Numbered from the stretch's first letter, positions 27,748 through 38,204 are shown. The stretch: 64,000 nucleotides of DNA from Gemmatales bacterium (GCA_041640595.1 JBEPZY010000003.1:444342-508341); one strand, 5' to 3'. Numbers and translations: made by a program. Notes: a model not told the origin generated them from the letters alone.

Positions 27748-30633
27748 ATGGAGGTCGTCAAGTTGCCAGAGGAACGCACAATCCCCAGCGGAACTGGAAC
27801 GCCGACACCGCCCGGCGATGGAGCCACGCTCACACCGCCCGGTGATGCCGGCCGGGTGTTGCTTTTAAACATCGAAGATGAGCTCAAGGCGAGCTACCTC
27901 AGCTACGCCATGAGCGTCATCGTCAGCCGTGCTTTGCCCGATGTGCGCGATGGGTTGAAGCCATCGCAGCGGCGAATTCTGGTGGCGATGAACGATCTTA
28001 ACCTGGGCCCGACCGCACCGCGGGTCAAATGTTCCAAAATCTGCGGCGAAACTATGGGTAATTATCACCCCCACGGCGACGCCGCCATTTACCCGACCTT
28101 GGTCCGCATGGCCCAGGAATGGAACATGCGGCACGTCTTGATTGACAAGCAGGGCAACTTCGGTTCGCTGGCCGGGTTACCCCCAGCCGCCATGCGTTAC
28201 ACGGAAGCCCGCCTTTCACCCATCGCTGCCGAAATGCTCGACGACCTCGACAAAGACACCGTGGACATGGTGCCCAATTACGATGGTCGTCGGCTCGAAC
28301 CCACCGTGTTGCCCAGCCGGTTCCCGAACCTGATCGTCAACGGTTCCGATGGTATCGCCGTCGGCATGGCTACCAGTATTCCACCGCACAATCTCCGCGA
28401 GGTCTGCGATGCCCTGATCCGCCTCATTGACCAACCGCAAACCACCATCGAACAACTCATGGAAATCATCCCCGGCCCGGATTTTCCGACCGGCGGCGTG
28501 ATCTGCGGTCGTCAGGGCATCCTCGAAGGCTACCGTACCGGTCGGGGCAAGATCGTCATCCGCGCTCGCGCACGAATTGAGGAGGAAGGCAACCGCACGC
28601 AGATCATCATCACCGACATCCCCTTCCAGCAGACCCGCAACCGCATCATGGAAGCGATCGGCGAAGCGATCCGCAACGAAAAAATCACCGGCATCCAGGG
28701 CGCTCCCCGCGACGAAAGCAGCGAACGGCGTGGCGAACCCGTGCGCATCGTGCTCGACCTCAAACGTGAAGCCGACCCCAATATCGTCCTCAACCAGCTC
28801 TATCAATACACGCCATTGCAGGAAACTTACAGCATCATCCTGCTCGCTCTGGTAGATGGCCGACCGCGTTTGCTCAACCTGAAGCAACTCCTTGAGGAAT
28901 TCCTGCGGCATCGCGTGCGTGTCATCCGCCGACGCACCGAGTTTTTGCTGCGGGAAGCCAAACGCCGCGCCCACATCCTCGAAGGCCAGCTTATCGCGCT
29001 GGCTTCACTCGATCAGGTCATCGAAATTTGCCGCACCTCTCCCAGCCGGGCGGAGGCCAAGAATCGGCTGCGCGGCCTGGTAGTTTCCGCAGCGCTGATG
29101 GAGCGGGCGCTGGGAGCGGAAGCTTTTGCCGCTCTTCAGCGGGAAATCGGTCCGCGAGACACCTACAGCATGTCCGAAGAGCAGGCCGAGGCGGTGGTAC
29201 GCATGCAACTCGGCCAGCTCGCCGCTCTCGAACGCGACGAAATTGTCCAGGAGTACGCTCAACTCCGCACGCAAATTTCCGAACATGAACGCCTCCTCAG
29301 CGATGAACATAACATCCTGGCCGTCATTCGCAAAGAGCTCGAAGACCTCCGCGACCGTTACGCCGACGACCGCCGTACTCAAATCCTCGACACGCCACCT
29401 TCTGAAGTTCGCCTCGAAGACCTCATCGCCGAAGAACTCAATGTCGTCAGCATCAGCCACAAAGGCTACATCAAACGCTTACCGCTCAACACCTACAGGG
29501 CACAGCATCGCGGCGGCAAAGGCGTGACCGGTGCCCAGCCCCACGAGGACGATTTTCTCGAACACCTTTTCGTGGCTTCTACGCACGCCTACTTGCTCTT
29601 TTTCACCAGCACCGGCCGGGTCTATTGGCTCAAAGTCTATGACATTCCGCAACTCAGCCGCACCTCTCCTGGCCGGGCCATTGTCAACCTCCTGTCACTC
29701 AAGCCGGAGGAGAAAATTACCAGCGTCATTCCGGTGCGGCGTTTCGACCCGCATCGCTATTTGCTCATGGCCACCCGCCAGGGTCTGGTCAAGAAAACTC
29801 CCCTGGAAGCCTACAGCCGTCCCAAGAGCGGCGGTATCATCGGCATCCATCTCGAAGAGGGTGATAGTCTGGTCAGCACCGTCCTTACGCAGGAAGGTGA
29901 CGAAGTTGTGCTGAGCACACGCCAGGGCATGGCCATTCGCTTCGCGGAATCGGATGTGCGACCCATGGGTCGGAATAGTCGCGGCGTCAAAGGAATCACG
30001 CTCGAAGCCGATGATGCAGTGGTCGGCATGGTGGTTGCCGATCCCGAGGGATACCTCCTGACCGTTTGCGAAAATGGCTTCGGCAAACGCACACCCTTCG
30101 GACCCAACGAAGGCCCGGCCGCTGCCGAGTCCCACCTCGAAGAGGAAGTTGCAGAAAGCGACCTGCCGGAAACCGAGCCAGTGGATGCATCGGCCGACGA
30201 CGCGACCACCAGCCGTTCCAGCATGCGTTACCGTGTGCAACGCCGGGGCGGCAAAGGTCTGCGCGACATCAAGACCTCCGAACGCAACGGCCCTGTGGTG
30301 GCTGTGCTCAGCGTTCGTGACGGCGACGAAATGATGCTGATCACCCAGCAAGGCATGGTCACACGTATCCGTGTGGACGAAGTACGGGTCACGGGCCGAA
30401 ATACCCTCGGTGTCCGCCTCATCCAGCTCAACGAGGGAGACCGCGTCGTGGGCGCTGCTAAAATCGCCCGCGAAGACTTGGATAGTCAGCTAGCCTCGAA
30501 TGCTCCTGCCACTGAGTCGCCTGCTCCTTCCTCGCCCGAAGCAGAGATTCCCTCGAGTGGAGAATCGGCTCCCGATAATGCTGTAAGTCCCGGCCATGCT
30601 GATTCTCCATCTACACACGAAACCAGCGACTGA
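27748..30633 (+). CDS. gyrA: DNA gyrase subunit A
   Basis: RALPDVRDGLKP, YHPHGD, AAMRYTE and GyrA-box QHRGGKG. Confidence 0.96.
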   Translation: MEVVKLPEERTIPSGTGTPTPPGDGATLTPPGDAGRVLLLNIEDELKASYLSYAMSVIVSRALPDVRDGLKPSQRRILVAMNDLNLGPTAPRVKCSKICGETMGNYHPHGDAAIYPTLVRMAQEWNMRHVLIDKQGNFGSLAGLPPAAMRYTEARLSPIAAEMLDDLDKDTVDMVPNYDGRRLEPTVLPSRFPNLIVNGSDGIAVGMATSIPPHNLREVCDALIRLIDQPQTTIEQLMEIIPGPDFPTGGVICGRQGILEGYRTGRGKIVIRARARIEEEGNRTQIIITDIPFQQTRNRIMEAIGEAIRNEKITGIQGAPRDESSERRGEPVRIVLDLKREADPNIVLNQLYQYTPLQETYSIILLALVDGRPRLLNLKQLLEEFLRHRVRVIRRRTEFLLREAKRRAHILEGQLIALASLDQVIEICRTSPSRAEAKNRLRGLVVSAALMERALGAEAFAALQREIGPRDTYSMSEEQAEAVVRMQLGQLAALERDEIVQEYAQLRTQISEHERLLSDEHNILAVIRKELEDLRDRYADDRRTQILDTPPSEVRLEDLIAEELNVVSISHKGYIKRLPLNTYRAQHRGGKGVTGAQPHEDDFLEHLFVASTHAYLLFFTSTGRVYWLKVYDIPQLSRTSPGRAIVNLLSLKPEEKITSVIPVRRFDPHRYLLMATRQGLVKKTPLEAYSRPKSGGIIGIHLEEGDSLVSTVLTQEGDEVVLSTRQGMAIRFAESDVRPMGRNSRGVKGITLEADDAVVGMVVADPEGYLLTVCENGFGKRTPFGPNEGPAAAESHLEEEVAESDLPETEPVDASADDATTSRSSMRYRVQRRGGKGLRDIKTSERNGPVVAVLSVRDGDEMMLITQQGMVTRIRVDEVRVTGRNTLGVRLIQLNEGDRVVGAAKIAREDLDSQLASNAPATESPAPSSPEAEIPSSGESAPDNAVSPGHADSPSTHETSD

Positions 30634-30694
30634 ATATAGAACCAGCCTTTCTCTAACATTCAGCCTGGCCGGGATATAATCCCTGGAGATAAAC

Positions 30695-31240
30695 ATGGAC
30701 CCTGCCGGATATCGCCATGTGCCACCGGGAACACGCATTCCCTCGGTTGTTAACGCCATTGTCGAAATCCCTAAAGGTCGCCGCAATAAGTTCGAGATCG
30801 ATAAGAAAACCGGACTGATCCGCCTCGATCGCTATCTTTATTCTTCCAGCCATTACCCCGGCGATTACGGCTTTATTCCCCAGACCTTAGCGGAGGATGG
30901 CGATTATTTAGACATATTGGTCATGGTCAACGAACCGACATTTAGTGGTTGTCTCATCGAAGCGCGGGTCATCGGACTGTTCAAGATGCGGGATCGCGGT
31001 GTCAATGACTATAAGATTCTCGCCGTGCCGCACACCGATCCTTTATTCGCAGAGATTCGTAAGCTGGACGATGTGCCGCAACATTATCTGAAAGAGGTAG
31101 AGCATTTCTTCGCCACCTATAAACAGTTAGAGGGCATCCACACCGAAACACTGGGCTGGGCCGGTCCGGAAGAAGCAACCGCAGAGGTGCGGGCCAGCGT
31201 GGACCGCTACTTAGAACATCTGCGGGAGTCCGTGCAATAG
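30695..31240 (+). CDS. ppa: Inorganic pyrophosphatase, family I
   Basis: EIPKG, YGFIPQTLAEDGDYLD and FFATYKQLE. Confidence 0.95.
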   Translation: MDPAGYRHVPPGTRIPSVVNAIVEIPKGRRNKFEIDKKTGLIRLDRYLYSSSHYPGDYGFIPQTLAEDGDYLDILVMVNEPTFSGCLIEARVIGLFKMRDRGVNDYKILAVPHTDPLFAEIRKLDDVPQHYLKEVEHFFATYKQLEGIHTETLGWAGPEEATAEVRASVDRYLEHLRESVQ

Positions 31241-31250
31241 GGATAGGAAT

Positions 31251-32228
31251 ATGCGAGTTCTCATTACCGGCGGTTTTGGCTGTATAGGTGCGTGGATCAT
31301 TAGAGAGCTAATTAGTCGTCAGGTACCGGTATTTGTTTACGACATCCGCGAAGACCGCCGCCGATTGCGTTTGATTATACAGGAATCGGAGCATCAACAA
31401 GCTACCTATATTAGCGGTGATATTACAGACCGCGAACGTTTAGAGGCTGTTTGCCGCGATTCAGGTATCAGTCACATCGTTCATTTAGCGGCGTTGCAGG
31501 TGCCTCTCTGCCGCGCAGATCCCATCCGCGGTGCTCAGGTCAACGTAATCGGTACGCTCAACGTCCTGGAAACCATGCGCCGCCTGAACGGGCAAATTCA
31601 GAACTTGGTTTACGCTAGTTCCGCTGCTGTTTACGGTCATCCGGAACGTTATGCCGGGAATCAAGACCTTGATGAAACCGCCCCGCTTATACCGGAAACG
31701 CATTATGGTGCCTATAAGGTCTGCAACGAACTTAATGCGCGGGTCTATTACTTAGAGCACGGAATGCCCAGCATCGGCCTGCGGCCGTGGACGGTGTATG
31801 GCGTGGGGCGTGATTTTGGCATGACCAGCGAACCGACGAAAGCTATCTTAGCGGTGGCGCTGGGTAAGCCTTACCGTATCAGTTACGGTGGCTGGCAGGA
31901 TTTCCAATACGCAGAGGATGTGGCTCGCGCATTTGTGCGTTGCTTAGAGCGACCAGCTCGGCAGGCCGTGGTTTATAACCTTCGCGGGGTCTTGGCCGAC
32001 ATGCCGACGTTTCTCAGAACCCTGGCGAATGTGGCTCCGGAAGCGGAAACGCTTATCAGTTACACGGAACGGCAGCTTCCCATTGCTCCTCGCTTATCGG
32101 ATGCCCGTTTGCAAAGGGATTATGGTCCGTTGACGATCACCCCGCTGGAAGATGGCATAAGAGAAACTCTGGATCGGTTTCGCATGTTGCGGCAACGCGG
32201 CCTGGTCAGCGAAGCCGATCTGGCTTAG
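31251..32228 (+). CDS. NAD-dependent epimerase/dehydratase (extended SDR)
   Basis: TGGFGCIG, ASSAAVYG and YGAYK. Confidence 0.9.
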   Translation: MRVLITGGFGCIGAWIIRELISRQVPVFVYDIREDRRRLRLIIQESEHQQATYISGDITDRERLEAVCRDSGISHIVHLAALQVPLCRADPIRGAQVNVIGTLNVLETMRRLNGQIQNLVYASSAAVYGHPERYAGNQDLDETAPLIPETHYGAYKVCNELNARVYYLEHGMPSIGLRPWTVYGVGRDFGMTSEPTKAILAVALGKPYRISYGGWQDFQYAEDVARAFVRCLERPARQAVVYNLRGVLADMPTFLRTLANVAPEAETLISYTERQLPIAPRLSDARLQRDYGPLTITPLEDGIRETLDRFRMLRQRGLVSEADLA

Positions 32229-32401
32229 CCCGTGGCCGAGCCAGCGGCCAATGCCTGCGGTCGTGGTTCGCCATACGGTTGCCGATGCCAGGAAAGCGGA
32301 ACGGCGATGAATGCAATTGACAGGACCGGCTGTGGGGCGGACAATAACCAGCCAGTCCCCAATACCGCACGGGCGAGCGTATTTGAGCCAGGGATGGCGA
32401 C

Positions 32402-33421
32402 ATGCTCAGCGTGGTGATTCCTTGCTATAACGAAGCGGAGACGTTGGCGGTCAGCTGGCCACGATTGCACCAGGCGTCGCTGGAGTGGGATGAACCCTGC
32501 GAGTTTATTTTCGTGGATGACGGTTCCCGGGATGGGACGTGGCAGGTGATTCGGCAGCTAGCGGGCGAGGATGAACGGGTGCGGGGTGTGCGACTCGTGA
32601 CGAATCAGGGCCAGCAATGGGCCATCGGCATCGGCTTGCAGGAAGCGCGGGGAGACGCTGTTGTCGTCCTGGATGCCGACCTGCAGGACCCGCCGGAACT
32701 GGTTAATGACATGCTGGCCGCCTGGCGTGACGGTGCCGACATGGTCATCGCCGTGCGTCGGCAACGCCAGCGGGAAGTGTGGTGGAAACGACTGGGCGCG
32801 CGACTGGTTTATGGCGGGCTGTGGCGGTGGAGCATGGGGCGAAGTTTGCCCGACGCCGGGGATTTTGTGTTACTGGATCGAAAAGTGGTACGCTGGCTAT
32901 TGCGGTGGCGGATGCGGCGACCGTTCTGGCGTGGCATGCGTGAATGCGGCACCTTTCGCAGAGCCTATGTGGAATACGATCGCCAGCCACGTGTTGCCGG
33001 GAAAAGCCATTATTCGCTGCGGCGACTGTTGCGGCTGGCGTGGGACGGCCTTTTCGGTGTGACGGACATGCCGGCACGTCTGGCGGTCTGGTCATTGTGT
33101 GGCTTGCTGTTGGCGTGCGCCGCACTGGTGCTGGCTTGTGCAAGAGCGAATGGTGCGGGTCTGGTGGCTGCGATTTGCCTGGCTGCTTTCCTGCTCGTCA
33201 GCGGAGAGCTGGCGATTCTGTCGGTTCTGGTGCTGCGAGCGGTTCGTCTTTTCGAGATGCCAGCAGACGCCTGGATCATCGAACGCACGGCCTCATCCGT
33301 CAGCAAACGAACGTCGGCACCAGTGGTTTGCGCTCCTGCACGCAGGAATCGCGCCGATGCCACAGGGAAAAAGTCCTGCCCTGCCGACCGTCGGAAGAAA
33401 ACCAGGTATGATAATGAGTAG
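32402..33421 (+). CDS. Glycosyltransferase family 2 (GtrB/ArnC-like)
   Basis: SVVIPCYNE, VDDGSRDGT, DADLQDPP and two C-terminal TM helices. Confidence 0.88.
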   Translation: MLSVVIPCYNEAETLAVSWPRLHQASLEWDEPCEFIFVDDGSRDGTWQVIRQLAGEDERVRGVRLVTNQGQQWAIGIGLQEARGDAVVVLDADLQDPPELVNDMLAAWRDGADMVIAVRRQRQREVWWKRLGARLVYGGLWRWSMGRSLPDAGDFVLLDRKVVRWLLRWRMRRPFWRGMRECGTFRRAYVEYDRQPRVAGKSHYSLRRLLRLAWDGLFGVTDMPARLAVWSLCGLLLACAALVLACARANGAGLVAAICLAAFLLVSGELAILSVLVLRAVRLFEMPADAWIIERTASSVSKRTSAPVVCAPARRNRADATGKKSCPADRRKKTRYDNE

Positions 33422-33469
33422 CGGTTGGGGCAACGGGCATGACGCGTGGTCACCCAGGAGGTAGATGCG

Positions 33470-34618
33470 ATGAGTAACAGCGGCGAAATTCCGACGGTGC
33501 AACCGGCTCCGAACGTGCCGACCGTAATCATTCGAGAAACGGTACGAACTTCGACCACGGCCAAAGTGCTGGTCTGGCTGTTTGGCACGTTGTTGCTGGT
33601 GTCGCTTCTGGGGAATTGCATTCTGGCCGGGTTGCTGGGTTCCCTGGCTCCGAGCGGTTACAGCGACCGTTTGCAGCAGAAATACTACGGAGGTAACGCT
33701 GGCAGCGATCAGGTAATTGCCCTTATCCGACTGGAAGGCGTGATTCTGGAAGGGACGCTGGACTACCTGTACAAACAGTTTCGCGATGCCGCCCAGGATG
33801 AGCACGTCAAGGCAGCGGTTCTGGTGATCAACAGTCCGGGCGGAACGGTTACCGGGAGCGAACTGCTGCACGAATACGTGGAGCGAATGCGTGCTGGAAA
33901 CTGGGAGAAACAATCTGCTCCGAAGCCGGTGGTTACACATATCGAAAGCATCGCCGCCTCGGGGGGTTATTATGTTGCCGCGGCCAGTGACCACATTGTT
34001 GCCCAGCCGGGGAGCGTGACCGGCTCGATAGGCGTATTTGCTGCGTTTCTCGATCTGCACAAGCTGGCGGAAAAATACGGCGTGGCTATGCACGTCATCA
34101 AGCGTGGCGAACTGAAAGGGCCAAGCATCCTTCACGAACTGACGCCGGAAGAACGCCAGCAATGGGAATTGCTTGTCGGGGAAGCTTATGCGCGATTTCA
34201 AGAGGTAGTAGCTGGTGGTCGCCGTAACAAACTCAAATACCAGTTGCGGGAACCCTTCGAGTTGAAAACCGACACAGGCCAGGCAGTCACGCGACGGATT
34301 GCCGATGGTGGCGTGTTCACCGCCAACCAGGCAAAAGAGCTGGGGTTGATAGATGACCTCGGCTTTCTGCCCGAAGCGATCAAAAAAGCAGCCGAACTGG
34401 CCAATCTGAGCGAGTACAAGGTGGTGGAGTATAAGCGACCGTTCGGCTTTTTCTCGGACCTTTTCGAGAGCCGAGCGGAAAGTCAGCAGGCTGGCGTCCG
34501 GCCAGGGCATCTCGATTTGAGCAACTGGCCGATGCTGACCATGCGGTTGTGGTATCTGACGCCCGGCTACGAACTGGCCCCGGTGCCGATGCTGGAGGTG
34601 TTGCAGCGTCGCCCGTAA
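33470..34618 (+). CDS. sppA: Signal peptide peptidase, S49 family
   Basis: INSPGG, AASGGYY and TGSIGV; GGAGG RBS. Confidence 0.88.
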   Translation: MSNSGEIPTVQPAPNVPTVIIRETVRTSTTAKVLVWLFGTLLLVSLLGNCILAGLLGSLAPSGYSDRLQQKYYGGNAGSDQVIALIRLEGVILEGTLDYLYKQFRDAAQDEHVKAAVLVINSPGGTVTGSELLHEYVERMRAGNWEKQSAPKPVVTHIESIAASGGYYVAAASDHIVAQPGSVTGSIGVFAAFLDLHKLAEKYGVAMHVIKRGELKGPSILHELTPEERQQWELLVGEAYARFQEVVAGGRRNKLKYQLREPFELKTDTGQAVTRRIADGGVFTANQAKELGLIDDLGFLPEAIKKAAELANLSEYKVVEYKRPFGFFSDLFESRAESQQAGVRPGHLDLSNWPMLTMRLWYLTPGYELAPVPMLEVLQRRP

Positions 34619-34632
34619 AAGCAGTCCCTGGC

Positions 34633-35850
34633 ATGGATGCCCACTCCCTGTCTCAGCACAACTGGCGAAGGATTCTAATCATCAAACCCTCGGCGTTCGG
34701 GGATGTGTTGCACACCCTGCCGGTACTGGTGAAATTGCGTCGGCGCTATCCCGAGGCGGAGATTGACTGGCTGATCACGCCGGAAAATGCCGAGGCAGTG
34801 CGTTACCATCCAGCTCTGAGCCGGGTAGTGCTTTTTCCCCGGCGGGAAGTGCGTTTGTTTGGCCAGGGGCGATTGTCATGGCGAAAGTGGTGGCAATTGC
34901 TGGCGGAGTTGCGTAGGCGGCGTTACGAACTGGTGCTTGACCTGCAAGGGCTGTTGCGTTCCGGTTTGTTGACCTGGTGGACTGGGGCTCCGGTGCGGAT
35001 CGGTTTCGATCGGCCGCGGAGGGGTCTGCGAGCACCGCGCGATCGCCTGGCCGGCCATTGTCAGCATGGTTGGCGTGGCACGCGCGAGGGAGCCTGGCTC
35101 GCCTACACCCACCGGCTGCCCATTACCAATCTCGACGTGCACGCGGTGGATCGCTATTTGTGGGTGGGTCGGTGGCTCGGTTTTGATGACAGTCCGCCGG
35201 ATTTGCGCGTTTACTGGCCCCGTGATGCTGACCATTGGGCGGAAGAACTGGTGCATCGAGAAATCGGTCGGCAGCCGTTTGCCGTGATCGCCCCGGGAAC
35301 GGTTTGGCCGACCAAGCGCTGGTCGGTTGAAGGTTTCGCGGAAGTGAGTCGGCAATTGCTGGCCGACGGGTTTCGTGTGGTGCTCATCGGTTCACCGCGG
35401 GACACGGAAGTATGTCAGGCTGTGCATTCGCGGGTGCCCCAGGCTCTTAACCTGGCCGGTCAGACGCGGATCACGCAACTGATGGCTCTGATGCACCGTG
35501 CCACCGTGTGCCTGACCAACGACAGCGGACCGATGCACCTGGCCGTTGCTCTGGGCAAGCCGCTGGTGGCCATCTTCGGCCCGACCGACCCGGTGCGGAT
35601 CGGCCCCTATGGTCGCCCGCAAGCAGTCCTGCAAGCTCCGTTGCCCTGTGTGCCGTGTTACTTTCGCCACCTGGCCCAGTGTCCCCACCAGCACGCCTGC
35701 ATGCACGCAATCACACCGCAGCAGGTGCTGAGTCGCATCTACGAAAGCCTGAACGGCCGGCTGATGCACGCCGTTCACTCCGGTGGACTTCCAACCAGCG
35801 TTCACCACGGCGGGCTGACAAGCGATGCTTTCGGTCAGCAGAGCGGCTAG
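34633..35850 (+). CDS. Glycosyltransferase family 9 (LPS heptosyltransferase-like)
   Basis: IIKPSAFGDVLH, DLQGLLRS, TKRW and NDSGPMHLA. Confidence 0.9.
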   Translation: MDAHSLSQHNWRRILIIKPSAFGDVLHTLPVLVKLRRRYPEAEIDWLITPENAEAVRYHPALSRVVLFPRREVRLFGQGRLSWRKWWQLLAELRRRRYELVLDLQGLLRSGLLTWWTGAPVRIGFDRPRRGLRAPRDRLAGHCQHGWRGTREGAWLAYTHRLPITNLDVHAVDRYLWVGRWLGFDDSPPDLRVYWPRDADHWAEELVHREIGRQPFAVIAPGTVWPTKRWSVEGFAEVSRQLLADGFRVVLIGSPRDTEVCQAVHSRVPQALNLAGQTRITQLMALMHRATVCLTNDSGPMHLAVALGKPLVAIFGPTDPVRIGPYGRPQAVLQAPLPCVPCYFRHLAQCPHQHACMHAITPQQVLSRIYESLNGRLMHAVHSGGLPTSVHHGGLTSDAFGQQSG

Positions 35851-36161
35851 CTCCGTACAGATGGCCTCAAAAAAACCGCTTTCGGCATCGCCGCTTCTCG
35901 GACAACGCATACGATCTCGGCAGGACAGGTTATTCCGGAAACCGATTCCAAGCATGACGGGCTGCTGCTCACGGTCCCACGTAAGGTAACAACCGCGGCG
36001 GATTCCGGCCTCGCCAAATAGAGCTGGGCGGAACGGCCTTCCTTTCGCGATGCCAGGCCGAGGTCGAAATGACCGTGTGAGTCGGGAAAGAGCGGGTGTA
36101 CACCCGCCGTGCCCCCAGTCGTGACTGCAAACCGAACATCTCTTTCGCAGCGAGAAACGGT

Positions 36162-36779
36162 ATGGCACGGGGAATCGTCCTGGCGATGACGGGAGCGAGC
36201 GGTGCTCCGTATGGAGTACGGCTGCTGGAGGTGTTGTTGCAGGCGGAGCGGTTCGTGCATCTGGTAATCAGCCCGGCAGCGGTTCAGGTGCTACGCACCG
36301 AACTGGGGCGGGGAATTGACCTCAATCGGTTTGAACTGAGCCAATTACTTCCTTCCTTGTCGCCGGCCCACGCAGCGCTGGTGCAGTATCACCATTATCA
36401 GAACCTGGCCGCCAGCATCAGCAGCGGTTCGTTCCTGACCGAGGGCATGGTGATTTGTCCGTGCAGCATGGGGACGCTGGCCGCCATTGCCAGTGGGATG
36501 TCGCAGAACCTCATTCACCGAGCTGCCGACGTCCACCTCAAAGAACGCCGCAAACTCATTCTCGTACCGCGGGAGATGCCCCTGCACCGTATCCACCTGG
36601 AAAACATGCTGCGTTGCACCGAGGCCGGTGCGATTGTGATGCTTGCCAGCCCGGCCTTTTACACCCGCCCGCAGACCGTGGCCGAAATGGTAGATTTCGT
36701 GGTCGGCCGCATTTGCGATCAACTCGGAGTGCCGCATTCGCTGCTCAAACGCTGGGGAGAACCGTCCGCGAGTGGCTGA
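36162..36779 (+). CDS. ubiX: Flavin prenyltransferase
   Basis: MTGASGAPYG, SSGS, PCSMGTL and RAADVHLKERRKLILVPRE. Confidence 0.95.
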   Translation: MARGIVLAMTGASGAPYGVRLLEVLLQAERFVHLVISPAAVQVLRTELGRGIDLNRFELSQLLPSLSPAHAALVQYHHYQNLAASISSGSFLTEGMVICPCSMGTLAAIASGMSQNLIHRAADVHLKERRKLILVPREMPLHRIHLENMLRCTEAGAIVMLASPAFYTRPQTVAEMVDFVVGRICDQLGVPHSLLKRWGEPSASG

Positions 36780-37882
36780 GGCGAACCGGGCCAGTATTCG
36801 CCGAGCGTCTGGCGGAGACGATCGAGTATCCGAGCGATGCCGCGACGACCGAGTTCGAGAAGCGCTTGCAAATCTTCCAGGGCGAACGTGTCCTCCTCAC
36901 CCCCGGCCTGCACTTCGACTAGCCGACCGTCTCCGGTCATGACGAGATTCAAGTCCACGGCGGCGTCTTTGTCTTCGGCGTAGTTCAAATCGAGGATACG
37001 CTGACCGTGCCACAATCCGACACTGACAGCGGCAACGCTGCCAGTCAGGATTTCCGACAGCGGATTGGGAAGTTGATCGCGCAGGGCCACCAGAGCATCC
37101 ACCAGAGCGAGAAAACCTCCGTTGATGCTGGCCGTGCGCGTGCCTCCGTCCGCTTCTAACACATCGCAATCAATCCAGAGCGTGCGTTCGCCCAGTTTTT
37201 CGAGGTTGAGGCAGGTGCGTAAGCTGCGGCCAATAAGACGCTGAATTTCAACACTGCGCCCGTCCGGTTTGAGACTGACGCGTGCCTTGCGTGGAGCGGT
37301 CGAACCGGGCAGCATGTTGTATTCCGCCGTCAGCCAGCCTTTACCGGTGCCGACCAGGAAGGGAGGAACCGTTGGTTCCACGCTACAGGTACATAAGACG
37401 GCCGTGCGCCCCATGCAGAAAATCACTCGCCCCGGAGCTGATCCCCAGGCGGGCCGCACGATCTGGATCGGTCGCAATTCATCCGCGGCCCGTCCGTCTG
37501 GTCTGGCCGGTGGCGTAGCGGCAACCTGAGCGGCTGAGGACGGCAGCTCCTGTACTTCTGGACCAGGCGGGCCACTGTCGCTCGCCGCTGCCGTATTCTG
37601 CGGCGCGACCACTTGAACAGTACCGACGGGTTCGGTTGTCGAGATGGAAATCTGGCCAGGTGATTCCGCTAGCGCCGCGTTGCCGTCCGTCGGGCACGGT
37701 GAGCCTGTGGCAGTTGCTCGCGGCAGCGCGGAAGACGAGGCATTCACGCCAGCCTGACCGGCGTCGGTAACCGGCTGCGTCAGGCTTGTCGAATCACTAA
37801 GAGCAGGCCCACTCTTCGCACTCATCGCTGCCAGTCTCCAGGCGGAACTCCATGTTGTCTGGCGTTGTCCATTTGCGCCCAT
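36719..37882 (-). CDS. rph: Ribonuclease PH with a low-complexity N-terminal extension (start uncertain)
   Basis: RPDGRAADELRP, GWLTAEYNMLP, EIQRLIGRSLR and ADGGTRTASING. Confidence 0.92.
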   Translation of the reverse strand: MGANGQRQTTWSSAWRLAAMSAKSGPALSDSTSLTQPVTDAGQAGVNASSSALPRATATGSPCPTDGNAALAESPGQISISTTEPVGTVQVVAPQNTAAASDSGPPGPEVQELPSSAAQVAATPPARPDGRAADELRPIQIVRPAWGSAPGRVIFCMGRTAVLCTCSVEPTVPPFLVGTGKGWLTAEYNMLPGSTAPRKARVSLKPDGRSVEIQRLIGRSLRTCLNLEKLGERTLWIDCDVLEADGGTRTASINGGFLALVDALVALRDQLPNPLSEILTGSVAAVSVGLWHGQRILDLNYAEDKDAAVDLNLVMTGDGRLVEVQAGGEEDTFALEDLQALLELGRRGIARILDRLRQTLGEYWPGSPQPLADGSPQRLSSECGTPS

Positions 37883-38204
37883 TTTATCGCCGCGCCCGGA
37901 AAACAGCACCAGTCGCTGGTCGGAAACTTTCCGGCATACATACGAGGCCGAACCTTGGCCGATAGCGCTGCCCGGCAGGTCAGATGCTGAAGGTCGCGCG
38001 TCGAACGCCCGCCTCCCCAATGACCAGGACTTTACTCATAATGTCCCGGCAGGTCAGGGTTCCGTTCGCCAATGGTCCCGACCGGTTCATGCCCGCCGCT
38101 GCCAGCGGTCGGGGTCGGATCGCCTGGTAAGCATTAGCCCCGGCTGGAAAAAGTTGACTCCCTTCCGGCAACGCTCGTGGGGGTCAGCGTCGGATCGCTT
38201 GCGA

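Noticed and set aside
32232..32417. ORF upstream of GT2 as a frameshifted N-terminus
   Set aside because: The GT2 domain is complete from ATG 32402, so no frameshift is needed
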